This document shows positions 1 to 14,118 of a stretch of DNA of 64,000 nucleotides, in pieces. Origin of the DNA: Octopus vulgaris (Eukaryota); contig OX597827.1 in NCBI GenBank assembly GCA_951406725.2, positions 57,474,001-57,538,000 on the forward strand, in the 5' to 3' direction. The notes below the pieces were generated by a model. It did no database searches. It saw only the letters and a list, made by a program, of their open reading frames with translations, and was not told the DNA's origin. Numbering within the stretch: position 1 is the first letter of the stretch; each line of letters starts with the position of its first letter. Both the position numbers and the translations under genes were made by a program.

Positions 1-239
1 GGTTCATCGTTGAACGGATAGATATATGTTATAAACAGAGAATAAGCAAGCAAAACATGTGTTGAGTTATTACTTAAGAACATTTAATTTATGATTTAAA
101 CATAGTGCAGAGTAGTTGTAGTAAATAGGTAAAGTCTCTCACAGCCGTTTCTGTAATAAGCCTGCGGAGCGTATGCTATTGATCAAGGATTTCCAATTAA
201 GCTAACTAAACCGTCATTGGAGAGAGAGAAATAAATGTT

Positions 240-508
240 TTTGTTTTCCTTCTCGAGCAATGCCTGGCTCATAAGGGCCAGTTTCCCGGTTTCCTTGGTG
301 TATAGGTTCCCCATCTGGACGGGACGCCGGTCCGTCGCAGGTGAGCTGCTAGATGCAGGAGGAAAGAGTGAGAGAAAGTTGTGGCGAAAGAGTCAGCAGA
401 AGTTCGCCATCACCTTCTGCCGGAGCCGCGTGGAGCTTAGGTGTTTCGCCCACAAACACACACATCGCCTGGTCTGAGATTCGAACCCACTAGGCCATGT
501 GCCTCCAC
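240..508 (-). mobile_element. tRNA-derived SINE, family C (GTGGAGGCACATGGCC head), internally deleted head
   Basis: Minus strand reads GTGGAGGCACATGGCCTAGTGG-GTTCGAATCTC (A/B-box-like) and matches the copies at 38749 and 39403. Confidence 0.8.
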
Positions 509-948
509 AGAGAGAAATAAATAAATAAATAAAAAGTATTAAAATTGTTTTTAAAAGTGTTGGATTTGGGTGCACCTGTTGTGGTGCATGTTTTCTAAGT
601 GCTTTAGGCATTTTCTGACACGCCCTTCAAAATTCGCGGCTCATCCATGAACCATACATGTCGATGGCTGTGATAGTGGTGGAAGTGGTAATAGTGGAGG
701 TTGTGGTGACAGTAGTGGAGGCGGAGCGGCAGCTGTGGGGGGTGATGGCGTGTTGTGTTAGTATCAGTGGTACCCCAGGTCAATGCTGATAGAGCAATGC
801 TATCATCAAACTCATTCCAAGTGTGATCAACCTGTCTTTTTAAGAATATCTGGGTCTATATTCTGTGATGTGGTTGGACGGAGAGTCTGCTTCTATGTCT
901 GGCATGTCATGCGACCGCGTAAAGGCACCCACGATTTGTTTTGTTTAA

Positions 949-1176
949 AGCGGTGAGCTGGCAGAAACGTTAGCACGCCGGGCGAAATGCTTAGCGGTAT
1001 TGCGTCTGTCGTTGCGTTCTGAGTTCAAATTCCGCCGAGGTCGACTTTGCCTTTCAACCTTTCGGGGTCGATAAATTAAGTACCAGTTACGCACTGGTGT
1101 CGATGTAATCGACTTAATCCATTTGTCTGTCCTTGTTTGTCCCCCTCTATGTTTAGCCCCTTGTGGGCAATAAAGA
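949..1176 (+). mobile_element. tRNA-derived SINE, family B (core GGTCGACTTTGCCTTTCATCCTTTCGGGGTCGATAAA, Nin/Deu-like)
   Basis: B box GAGTTCAAATTCC; near-identical to 55265-55490 and more than 10 other copies in the window. Confidence 0.8.
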
Positions 1177-1747
1177 AACAGATATAAAGGAAATTAGGGG
1201 CGGCAGTGTTACTGATGGTGGTGATGGTGGTGGTGGTGGTGGTGGCCTCGTGATAGTATTGATGATGGTGATGATGGTAATGATTGTGATAATGGTGACG
1301 CTGCTGCTCATACATCAGTGGTGTTCATAGAGATAGTGGTGGTCGTGGTGGTGGTGGTGCTGCTGTTCCTGGTACTGCTGCAGGGGATGCTAATGGTGGT
1401 GGTGGCGACGGCGGTGGTGGTGGTGGTTGTGGTGGTGGTGGTGGTGGTGGTGTTTTTGGTAAGCAACAAGACGGGTAAGGGTGATTAGGTGATGGTCTAG
1501 GGTTTAGGGGGCGGGAGACCCCAGACCTTGGAAAACAAAAAACTTTGGTCGTCTTGTAGTCGAGGGCTCTTCGTTTACGCCGGACACCACTGGGAGGTGG
1601 TCCTCGAAGTCGCTGGAAATGGAGATCAGGTCCAAGTCCAAACTCTTGAACGGCTGGTACAGCTGCAGGTGATGTTAGTGGGTGTAGTGGCAGCGGCGGC
1701 GGCGGCGATGGTGGTAGCGGTGGTGGGGCTGCTGCTGCTGCTGGTGC

Positions 1748-1781
<34 letters not shown>

Positions 1782-2095
1782 ACTGCGGTTGCTGGTGCTG
1801 GTGTTAGTGATAGTGGTAGTACTTGTAGTGGTGGTGGTGGTGGTGGTGGTGGTGGTGGTGGTGGTAGTGGTCGTCGTCGTCGTCATCATCGTCGTCGTCG
1901 TCATCGTCGTCGTAGTCGTAGTGGTGGTCACGGTGGCGGCGGCGGCGGCGGCTGTGTTGATCAATCCGCCTCCAAGGCGGGGCAAATGTGAAGAATATTT
2001 ACTGGACGTGTGAACGGGATTCTGATTGCAAAGTTGTAAATCTCTTCTTTCTCCTCCAAAAGTTGGATAACAGTTTCAGTCAAGAGATGACATGA

Positions 2096-2096
<1 letters not shown>

Positions 2097-2136
<40 letters not shown>

Positions 2137-2292
2137 AAGGATGCTGCACAACTAAATATACATCAATAAATGATACGTTGATCTATTTCAAACACCTTTA
2201 CGTACATGGACATACATAATTATATCGTATAAATACATAGGTGTATATGTGTATATGTGTGTATATGTATATACGTATGTGTGTATATAGCG

Positions 2293-2331
<39 letters not shown>

Positions 2332-2405
2332 CTATATGTGTTTCATTATACATATGTGTATATATATATGTGTGTGTGTGTGTCTGTGTATGTGCGTGTG
2401 TGTGC

Positions 2406-2438
<33 letters not shown>

Positions 2439-2522
2439 GTGTGTTTTCATATATATTTATATTCATATATATACATATATACACTTATATATAGTACATA
2501 TATATGATATATACGTTTATAC

Positions 2523-2553
<31 letters not shown>

Positions 2554-2960
2554 TATATACTGTATATGTATACATGCATTATATACATATATACCGTATA
2601 TGTGAATATACCGTATATGTGAATATACATTATATACTTATCGTATATATGAACATACATTATATACATAGCGTAAATTATATATAATATATACACACAC
2701 ACATATATATACACACACATATATATATACACACACACATATATATATATATACATACACACTCATATATACATACATACAAGGATATATGCATATATGA
2801 ATATGTATATGCATATATATGTGTGTGTATATATATGTACGTATATATTTGTGTGTATACGCGTATAACATACATACATACATACATACATACATACATA
2901 CATACATACATACATGCATACATACTTTACACTACATTACATTACATTACATTACATACG
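2097..2960. repeat. Compound microsatellite field (GA, TA, TG, TACA, TACAT)
   Basis: Direct reading. Confidence 0.95.
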
Positions 2961-3600
2961 TAGAGGCGTAAAGTAGCTTGATTTAGCGTCCAAATCTACA
3001 AATTTGACGACTCCATTGATCTGATGAATACTTAAGTAACGTATACGACAGAGACATCTAACACCAGCGTGCAAATGGAGAAGTCGATATAGTCAGAAGC
3101 GAAATAGTGTAGCGATTTGATCATCATTGATACGCCACTGTCGTCTTGGAAACGTAAAAATCAATCCACCTATCCACTCACAAATGTCCGAACGCCTGGT
3201 ATATATGTACGTATTTCGCTTCCTTGGTCATGTGATGGTCAAGAAACGTACCACTCTGATCTGCTTATGGTATGGTATGGTTTGGTTTGGTATGGTATGG
3301 TATGGTATGGTATGGTATGGTATTGTATGCTTACACACGAAGTTACAAAGTAAAAAATAATCATTCACAGAATTATACACACACACACACACATATATAT
3401 AAACATATATACATATACATCTATATATGCATATGTGTATGCGTGTGTATGCATATATATATATATTTGCATATATTTATGCGTGTCTGCATGTATATGT
3501 ATATGTAGACATACACACACAAGCATGTATGTGTGTATGCATATGCATGTCTTTATATGAATATATGTATAACATTGTTGTGTGTGTGCCAGAATGTATG

Positions 3601-3654
<54 letters not shown>

Positions 3655-3767
3655 CCGAAATTGCGAGGATGATCCGGTTCTTGACTGGAGATAAAAGGCT
3701 TTTTTTTGTATCGTCTATCTGGATGTTTTGCGTTCTTGTCTATTTTGTATTTTATTTTACACATATA

Positions 3768-3834
<67 letters not shown>

Positions 3835-3969
3835 CAAATTAGAGATAAAACCACTATTAGGCAAATCAAACAATGAAAAACTTAAGCCAATACATAAAAT
3901 TAATTAATTTATATTATTTTAAATATATATCAAAATTATTTAAAGTTTAATAAAAGATAATGAGTAACA

Positions 3970-4038
3970 CACTACGATCGTTTCATGGCTGTCCAATTCG
4001 TAATAATTCGAGTTGTGGTTACAGTCAATCTTCAGGTG
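3970..4038 (-). ncRNA. Type I hammerhead ribozyme motif in a Penelope-like fragment
   Basis: Minus strand CAC-CTGAAGA-[extended, imperfect stem II]-GAAA-CGATCG-TA-GTG; the flank 3840-3900 is homologous to the hammerhead-bearing element at 18575-18855. Confidence 0.6.
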
Positions 4039-5019
4039 ATTGAAATATTTATCTTAGCGAGGTTTATATTCGTTTTTCTTGCTTCAGCTCAAAGCTGCAG
4101 CCATGCAGAAGATAAAAAACAAAGACAGGTGAAAGAACAACAAGCAGATGTATTAGTTTGACGCTCGGGGAGAATGGAAAAGCCTTTGACGTTTCGAGCT
4201 TACGTTCTTCGACAGAAAGAATTGAGAGGCGGGGAATGGTGAGAGAACGAAAATAACAGTGAGAGAGAAAATGTGTTGGGATTAACGGTTCAACCTCATG
4301 CAATGGCCGGAAGAAAGAGGTTGAGTGAAAGGGAGAGAATAATAGTGACCCGGAAAAACTAAGGTGCGCAAGCGTGTGTGTGTATGTGGGAATGGTGTGT
4401 ATGAGTGTGTATGTGAGAATGAGGGCGAGCGCTCATGAATGTATGTGTTGGTGAGCTTAAAATCATGTGGGCCTGTGTGTGTGTATGTGTATACGCAACC
4501 TAGTGCGTACATTTTGTGGAGTGATATACGTTTCATGTACTGGTATGTATGTGTGTGTGTGCATATGGACGTGTGTATATGTATGTGGGATTATTGTGTG
4601 TGTGTGCAAACGCATGGGCCTCTGTGTGAGTATGGAAATGTGTGTGTGTGTGTGTATGTGTAGAAGTAACCTAATGTGTGCGTTGTGTGGAGTGATGTAC
4701 GTTTCGTGTATTTGTGTCCCTGTGTGTGTATGTGTGTGTGTGAGTGCATATGGACGTGTGCATATGTGTGTAAGGCTACTGTGTGTGTGAGGCTATGGTG
4801 TGTGTGTGAGTTTGCGTGAGCATGCGTGTGCAATCGCTTGTGTGTAGCAGTTGATGAGTGCTTGTTCTTGTGGTGTGTACACGTGTGTGTGTGTGTGTGT
4901 GTGTGTGTGCACGTGTGTGACCCTGTAGTGTACGTGTGTACTGTGCATGTTTTTATGGGGAAGTTGTGTGTTTATGCGTGTTCCATGTGTGTATGTGTGT
5001 TTTGTTTGCTTTTTCGAGT

Positions 5020-5484
<465 letters not shown>

Positions 5485-5549
5485 AACTATAGTAACTTAT
5501 TGTAACGTTACAATTTAACAGAAATTACATCACTTTTTCTCTTTACCCA

Positions 5550-5990
5550 GAAGCTTTCAGCTTAGCAAAAGTTTTCACTTTTTGCCAAGTACGTTTCACT
5601 TCCCTACAGCTGCTATGTTTCAAGCTTTTCGATCGCTTTCAAAGCAGGTCTTAAGATTTACGATATCAAGAGATTGAATGACGAATATGCAAAACTCCTT
5701 TTTTGATATTTTCTTGTCAGATGTAGCTTCTGATTTCTTGCAGCTACTCGAATGTAATTTACATTCGAATGATACTTTGATATCTAAATTTAAAGCTTTA
5801 TCTTTTCGGGGTGAGATATCAGAAATCTTTTGGAGATATTGAAAAATTTTGAACATTTGGTGAGGCATGCATTGGAAATTATTGCATTGCTGTTTTCTAT
5901 CATTTATTCATGTGTACGGTTTTTCTGAATATTAAAATTAGCATTTAACCATATGTGTGAAAATCTGTTGATAGTAATCAAACGAGGAAA
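5550..5990 (+). mobile_element. Decayed hAT (Charlie/Buster-like) transposase C-terminal region
   Basis: Frameshifted translation HFPT...LQLLECNLHSNDTLISKF...IFW...FEHLVRHALEIIALLFSIIYSCVRFF resembles the hAT dimerisation domain. Confidence 0.55.
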
Positions 5991-6145
5991 CTAAGTATTG
6001 ATATTTCAAAAGTCTCATCTTTAACAAGGAAGAGTGTTTTGTTTTTTGTTTTTTGTTTTGTTTTTAAACATAATTTATTTGTTACATTAATATGGAAGGG
6101 GTTCATGCAATACAAGGAAAAGAAATGTTCAGATGAAACAACGTA

Positions 6146-6665
6146 CCGTAAATCCTCGAATATAGTCCGCCCTTGAGTATAATACGCAGGGGATTTTTAG
6201 GGGGCTGTACTTCTGAAAAACCTAAACCTTGTGTATAATACGCACTCCTTCTCTAACTTGAGTCGTGCGTAATTAAGCCAGCAGCACCTAGTCGAACAAA
6301 CACTTCCGCACATGCATAATACAATAATGGTGATGTTCTTAACTGTTATATGGGAATGTAAATGTTTGCAAATTGTTTTTGTTACAGGTTATTCTGTGTT
6401 CTGAATACTTTTATTTTAATAAATGTTGCTTACTGCAAGTTATGGATGATTCTTCTTTGACTTCATTGCTTTCAGGTTTAGCTTAAGGTATTTTCGTGCC
6501 CGGCATCACAAAATGCCCTTGGATAAACATTGCCGGACAGCAAATAGAGACTCGGACATTGCTTAGGAAATATTTTTCATTTTTACCCTCGTAAATAGTA
6601 CGCTCTAGGGATTTTGACCTTTAAATTTTGGGGGGAAAATGCTGATTATACTCGAGGATTTACGG
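6146..6665. mobile_element. Tc1/mariner-superfamily (Tc2/pogo-like) MITE
   Basis: 19-bp TIR CCGTAAATCCTCGA(A/G)TATA, 18/19 match, flanked by TA on both sides. Confidence 0.85.
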
Positions 6666-7188
6666 TATGTGACACGTACAGAAAGCTTTTGTTACAAATT
6701 TAACATTGGGCTAATTTTTACACATCAAATACATATTCGTGGTGTCTTTTTCTTCTGAGGCTCTGATGTCTGCAACACTCTGCCCAATTCGCGGCAAATT
6801 TGTCTATTTGTAAGCTGCGATCACAGAAAATCTAGACGAGCCACCGAACTATCACGTTAACAACAGCCATTTATTGGATAACAATTGGGTTTGTGCACAT
6901 GAACGAATTTTGATTTTTATGTGACAAAACGTGGGATCGAATCCAGTACTATACATCCAACCTCCTAGTTTTCTATGGCAAAATACGATAAGCTTTTTTC
7001 CTCTCATTGGTGCATTGTGACATTTTAATAAGTGTTGCTTAATACGTAAAATCAAAATGTTTTGCTATAAATGTTTAGTTCCGTTTATCTTTCTCAAATT
7101 TCCCTATACTCTTCTTTCCAATTTTCTATTTCCTTGTCCAGGAATCGAAACCACAATCTTATGATCATGATGCTGACACCCTAACCAC

Positions 7189-7579
7189 AGGAACTGGAAG
7201 CACTCCGTCGGTTACGACGATGAGAGTTCCGGTTGATCCGAATCAACGGAACAGCCTGCTCGTGAAATTAACGTGTAAGTGGCTGAGCACTCCACAGACA
7301 CGTGTACCCTTAACGTAGTTCTCGGGGATATTCAGCGTGACACAGAGAGTGACAAGGCCGGCCCCTTGAAATACAGGTACAACAGAAACAGGAAGTAAGA
7401 GTGAGAGAAAGTTGTGGTGAAAGAGTACAGCAGGGATCACCACCACCCCCTGCCGGAGCCTCGTGGAGCTTTAGGTGTTTTCGCTCAATAAACACTCACA
7501 ACGCCCGGTCTGGGAATCGAAACCGCGATCCTATGACCGAGAGTCCACTGCCCTACCACTGGGCCATTGCGCCTCCACT
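7189..7579 (-). mobile_element. Full-length tRNA-derived SINE nested in the head of another SINE
   Basis: Head GTGGAGGCGCAATGGCCCAGTGG...GGTTTCGATTCC; 11-bp TSD ACCCTAACCAC at 7178-7188 and 7580-7590. Confidence 0.85.
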
Positions 7580-7859
7580 ACCCTAACCACTAAGCTACAC
7601 GCCACCACAATTTTCATAAATACAGACGCCTAATTATATAATATCTTCATGTGATAGCATGAGCATTTCTGAAATAGCAGCTGAGATATACCGCTGCGAT
7701 GTAGTATAGTTGTTATACCCAATGAACATCGGTGAAAAGTCACAGCGCGGTTGATATCAGATGGGCAGGCTTCCTTATATATCTTCGTGTGATAGCATGA
7801 GCATTTCTGAAATAGCAGCTGAATTTTACTGCTACAGCGCAGAATAATCGGTATACGCG

Positions 7860-8120
7860 ACAACACCAGTGCAAAACCACACGGACACGTTTGTTATTTG
7901 ATAAGTAGGCTTCCTAAGTTAGTGTAGGACACATATGTAGTTGTAAAGTTGTATATCATTCTAAAAATTCTGTTGATCCAACGATAAGAGCATCCATACT
8001 CAGACAGTCGAAAGGCGATGGATACTCGCCAAGAAGTAGCTCAGGTGACAATGCTGAACGAGTGATGTTTTATCAGCATTGTATCTACATGAGAATGTGT
8101 GGAGAAATCTGTTCAGAGAC
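7860..8120 (+). mobile_element. Merlin/IS1595-type transposase C-terminal relic
   Basis: Translation VYHSKNSVDPT...HTQTVERRWILAKK matches the ISXO2-type motif VNHSxxFVDPxTGxHTQxIExxW. Confidence 0.6.
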
Positions 8121-8550
8121 CGTGAAAAAGTTCTATGCATCGTTTTCATGTTATAAAAATATAATATTAGAGGTTGCCACTGTCATTGCTAACGGTTTCT
8201 GTTGCAATTTACATTCACACTTTTTTAGGACAGTAAACTACTCGTTAACCAAATTGCCCGTATGCGGTATCTGGTGTTTCACTGGCCATTCATGATATTG
8301 GCTTCAAATTTTGGCAGAAGGCCAGCAATTTCATGGAAGGGATAAGTCGATTACATTGACCCCAGTATTCGATTGGTATTTATTTTATCGATTTATCGAC
8401 CCCGAAAGGATGAAAGGCAAAGTCGATATCAGAACGTTAAGTGCCATTCATGATATTAATAACGTTTTTCGGTATATATTTATTTTCAAAAATCTAGAAT
8501 AATAAATATTATAACAATGTACTGCTCATTTGATCAACAGAGGAAACTTG

Positions 8551-8952
8551 GGGTCTTTTCGGTTTGAACGGCAGTTTTTTCTAGCGGTGTCTTTTGAAAT
8601 TGTCACCCATAATTATGACCCTAGTATCGATCTATTGCATTTCAATCTGTTTTAGGGTTAGGGTTAGTTAGGGTTATGGTTAGGGGTGGGGGGAAGGGTA
8701 TCTTTTTTTCTTCACAAATGTAAATAAACCCAATCTGTTTCTTAAACGAGGGACATATTCATACGGGACAGAATGTTTTTTTACCTCGATGGACGTCACT
8801 GATTGGTTGAAATTGCAGAAATTGAAAAAAAAAACAAATATCTTACAAACTATAGAATTTTTTATAAACTCATTCTATCAGTATACGAAGTTTAAAATTT
8901 TTTAGTTACCTAGAAATTATGTTAAAAACTGCCGTTCAAACCGAAAAGATCC
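8551..8952. mobile_element. MITE with GG termini and ~29-bp TIRs (Merlin-like), containing TTAGGG repeats
   Basis: TIR GG(G/A)TCTTTTCGGTTTGAACGGCAGTTTTT; imperfect 8-bp TSD; second copy at 59591-60004, partial copy ending near 34100. Confidence 0.75.
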
Positions 8953-8991
8953 GAAGTTTGCATTATGACCCGCGTCTACCTATAAATGGTA

Positions 8992-9234
8992 TTAACCCTG
9001 TCAGGCCGTATTCCCGCCATAGTGGGAATAGGTTAAACGTCATCTCTGCCAGATTCCTGGTGGAAGCAGCAACGAACAACACAAGTAGAAAAAGAAGATG
9101 CAGCCGATTCTATCCATTTGTTTGCTTGTTTGCCAGCAATCATTACTCATGTATATGCAGCTATTTATTTTTTTGCTCGAGAACTCAGGTGAAGAGTAGA
9201 TTTAGACACAGGGGCCTAGGTCTGAGAGGGTTAA
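8992..9234. mobile_element. piggyBac-type MITE
   Basis: TTAA-CCCT...AGGG-TTAA termini. Confidence 0.5.
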
Positions 9235-10582
9235 TGCCTTACAATCTCCTCCCACCACTTTTAAAGATCTAGAACTTTTTGAGACTTGAGGTTAGAAAAC
9301 AAAATAAATGGCACGGACTATATAATGACACCCTGGATGTTCTACTGCTCTGATGTAACTAGTTCGATTTGCTGCCCAAACTAAACAACCATCCGTTAAA
9401 TATACAACGTTACTTTTCTGTAACTTTTCCTATTTACAACAGTGAAAAGACTGTCTAAAGTGAATTAATACATGGGTAGCGAGTCAGAGAGAAAGCTTAT
9501 TCTATGTATATAAACATAATTTATTGCTGCATTAATACAGAAAGTGTTCATGCAATACAAGAAAAGGAATATTCAGATGAAACTATATATATGACAAGTC
9601 GGAAATTCAACATTCGGGCTAATTTTTCAAATCAATACATATATTCTTATTGCTGAAGTTTGGCTTCTATCGTGCCACGTTGAATATGTAGCTGTGAAAA
9701 CAGCTATGTGTCGAAAGTGAACGCCTCCAAGGAATGGAATCATTCTGAGGTTTTCGCCCACAAATGAGCTGTATTTGTAGACTCTGTTCACGGGAGATTC
9801 TAGGCATACCACTAGACTATCACATGAACAACAGCCGTTCATTGAACCGAAATTGAGTTTGCGTACATGATCAACTTGTGATTTCTATGTGACAAAACCT
9901 GGGATCGAATACAACTGTTATACCTGTTTTATAGTGAAGAGGGTGACTAAGCTAGCGAGAGAGTAGTGTTTAGGGGTCAGACACATCCCAGCTCGGATGA
10001 CACCTAATCAGCTTCATCCATTGCCAAACCCTTCGCCATCCAAACAACTTCAATGTGGGGGAAATCATAAGTAGTTTGGTGCGTTTAGAGCAGCAGTCCT
10101 CGGCTTGTTTCACACCACGGACCGGTTTCGCGCTGACAATTTTTCCATGTATCTGTAAATTGTGTGATGATGCTATGAGAGCTGTTTCTATATTGTTACA
10201 GTTACAGAATATAGAAAGACGTGTAAAACCGAAAACAATGTAATCCAGCCAAAATATCTCAGTTACGCAAACGTAAACAGAATTATTATTTAGCCCTAAA
10301 ATACATTGTCCATATTCAAAGAACCTTCTTGGTTTAGTGGTATGGAACGTTTCTCTGGTATTCTTTTATTCTTTTGCTCGTTTCTGACATTTGACGGTGG
10401 CCAAGCTGGAGCACCGCCCATTAGTCGAAGAAATCGATCCCTGGACTTTTGCCTACAAGCCTGCTGCTTATTCTATTAGTCTCTTTTGCCGAACAGCTAA
10501 GTTACGGGGACGCAAACACACCAACATCGGTTGTCAAATAATGGTAGATGGGGAACAGACACAAACACACACATTTATATAC

Positions 10583-10614
<32 letters not shown>

Positions 10615-11967
10615 GACGGTTTTATATGGTATGCATGTCCGTAGAGTACTCAGCCACTTGCGCGTTAATTTTGCGAGCATTCTGTTCGTTGATCAGATAA
10701 ACAGGAATATCGTCATCGTAACCAACGAAGTGCCACTTTTTAAAAAGAATGAAAGAAAAGGAAATGTTCTATATTGTAAGGCAAAAATGTCATGTGTTTA
10801 GTATACGCAGTGAAATCTAAGACGAAATAGTTGCGATTCCGTCGTGTATTCGCCCTCGACTCACGCTTAGTTTGATAACAACAGCTTGCGCATCGGTGAG
10901 ATCCACAAATGCCACTATTAGGATCGGATTAACACCCATAGTAACACTAACCACTAAAAAGATTTTCCTGCCCCATATAGGATCGTTTTTAGTTTTCTTC
11001 CAATCACTTGAAGGCTTATCTTGCTCCAGTCCAATCAGCTGGCCAAAATGAGTTGTAGCTGTAATTCAAAGGGGCCAGCCTTGAAATATTCCGTGTGAGG
11101 CTGAATCTCTTTGAGAACTACGTTAATGATATGCATGTCTGTGGAGTACTCAGCCACTTGCGAGTTAATTTTATCCTCGTGTGGTAATGAAAAGTGAAAG
11201 TGACATCCTATATTTGCTGTGTCTGTATCTATGTCTCCCTCTCTCTCTCTCTTCTTTCTCTTTCACTTCCTCTGTGTCCCTCCTCTCTTCCGCTTTTAAT
11301 TTTACAATGTGTGTAGGTATCTATGTATCAACTTTCCTTATAATACATATATATCACATTATATATGTGATATATAATAGACATGCGCGATGATGATAAT
11401 AGTAGTCTCTCGTCGTCCAAGAAAGACGGTTCTGCAATTTCTTGCTGAACAACATGCACAAATGATTCGCTTATAGTTATCAAATGTTTGTACAATAAAT
11501 TAGCTCACAGTACACACTCTCTCTCTCCCTCAAATCGACATTACCTGTGCAGGTACGCGGTGTGCCACACGTCGGATATCGAAGTGATCGCAGGGCAACA
11601 TGAGTTGAAGTGTTTTGCTCAAGAACACAACGCATCACTCTGTCCAGGAATTGAAACTTGGATGAGAGATCATGGCGTGAAACGCCTTAACCACCAGGCC
11701 AAGCACCTTCACAATACACATATAGAATGCATATATTATAAATATATATAATGTAAAAACAACCGGCAGACTGCGACAGTCAATAAAATAGGGAAAAAAA
11801 TTGAAAATTTATTCCTTCTGAGCGGCTCGATACCAAAGGATCCAAGGCTCAGCGGTTGGGAACCCCTAGTTTTGAGAACTGAGATCGAAATTACGTCTCT
11901 TTCACACAAGCTACTTTTTCAGAAAAATCAACCTTGATTATATTATCAAGATCTTATCAATTGTGTT

Positions 11968-12561
<594 letters not shown>

Positions 12562-12972
12562 TCATCAACTACAACTCGATACTATGCAAATAACACTCCA
12601 GTGATCCCTTGCACTCTTCAATATGCACGTACGTCATCATTGCATTTCAAGGCGACACAAGGAGAGCGTATGATAGCCATGTTTACACACTAAATTTTAT
12701 GGAAGTTTTGATTTACGATGAATGCATCATCGAAAGATATGTGTGTATGTATGTATATGTACTCAGGGCTAGGGGTTTTTTAATGTTTTTTTGTTTTTTT
12801 TTTGATAATCCGCCCTTTACATGTTATGGATAGATATCAAATAAACCTTAAAAAAAGATATATTTCCCTACTCTATCACTTTACGCAGCATCTTGAACTT
12901 CCCCTCTACCTGTGTTTTTTAATCTCACTGGCGCTCCACGTCTATGTATCCATCTTTCTATTTCTCCTACGT

Positions 12973-13053
<81 letters not shown>

Positions 13054-13056
<3 letters not shown>

Positions 13057-13330
13057 GAATCTAAAAACAGAATCAATTCCTATCATAGTAGGTGCATTAG
13101 GCATGATAAAAAAATATTCAGACAAATACATAACAAAAACACCAGGACTTACAAACACATATAACATACAGAAAATTGCACTACTAGGCACTGCACACAT
13201 CCTACGCAGAACACTTTCCATACAATAACCATCAGAGCATCACAACAAATCACAGCACATACCCAAGGCACACAGAGCTGCGCTCGGTAGTGAAGTGAAA
13301 GCACGTTATAAAAATAAAACTACTGAATTA
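13054..13330 (+). mobile_element. 3' end of an R4/Dong-like RLE non-LTR retrotransposon inserted in (AAT)n
   Basis: WNLKTESIPIIVGALGMIKK...IQKIALLGTAHILRRTLSIQ* matches R4/Dong C-termini; flanked by (AAT)n on both sides. Confidence 0.75.
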
Positions 13331-13379
13331 TGATAATAATAATAATAATAATAATAATCCTTTTTACAATAGGAGAGAG

Positions 13380-13417
<38 letters not shown>

Positions 13418-13671
13418 AACGAGGGAGTAATACATGTGGCTGTTTGAAATCCTAGAAACGGCAGTTAAGTCTCCTTCAAATCACAGAACAAAACCACTGG
13501 GCAGGGCTATTTGGACATTGATGATTTCGCATGGTTCTACTGGACATTGAATTTGTTTTGGCGACGGTACTTTTTGGCACTGAAGGCAAACACGCACGCA
13601 CGGACGCAGAAATATGCACTTACAGATACAAAAAGGGATCTTTTCTGTTTGCTGTCAATTTTCAATCTCTT

Positions 13672-14054
13672 TACCCTTTTTACTCTTATACTTGTTTCAG
13701 TCATGTGACTGTGGCCATGCTGGAGCACCGCCTTTAGTCGAGCAAATCGACTCCAGGACTTATTCTTTGTAAGCCCAGTACTTATTCTATCGGTGTCTTT
13801 TGCCGAACCGCTAAGTTACGGGACACCAGCATCGGTTGTCAAGCGATGTTGGGGGGACAAACACAGACACATACATATACACATATATATATACGACGGG
13901 CTTCTTTCAGTTTCCGTCTACCAAATCCACTCACAAGGCTTTGGTCGGCCCGAGCTATAGTAGAAGACACTTGCCCAAGGTGCTATGCAGTGGCAATGAA
14001 CACGGAACCATGTGATTCATAAGCAAGCTAATTACCACACAGCCACTCCTACGC
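13672..14054 (-). mobile_element. tRNA-derived SINE family A
   Basis: Head GCGTAGGAGTGGCTGTGTGG, tail TGACTGAAACAAGT; many copies in the window. Confidence 0.85.
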
Positions 14055-14118
14055 TTATCTCTTCAATTTCTGTTCGAATTGATTCCATATTCAGCGTAAT
14101 GATATGCTTTTATATGCT

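Noticed and set aside
5620-5868. Minus-strand 82-aa ORF as a gene
   Set aside because: The opposite strand carries the recognisable hAT transposase relic.
7641-7822. 44-bp direct repeat 138 bp apart, and similarly the ~90-bp repeat at ~36192 and ~37028
   Set aside because: Two-copy local duplications with no LTR, TSD or coding features.
8651-8698. Telomere or chromosome-fusion scar
   Set aside because: The few TTAGGG units are internal to a multi-copy MITE.
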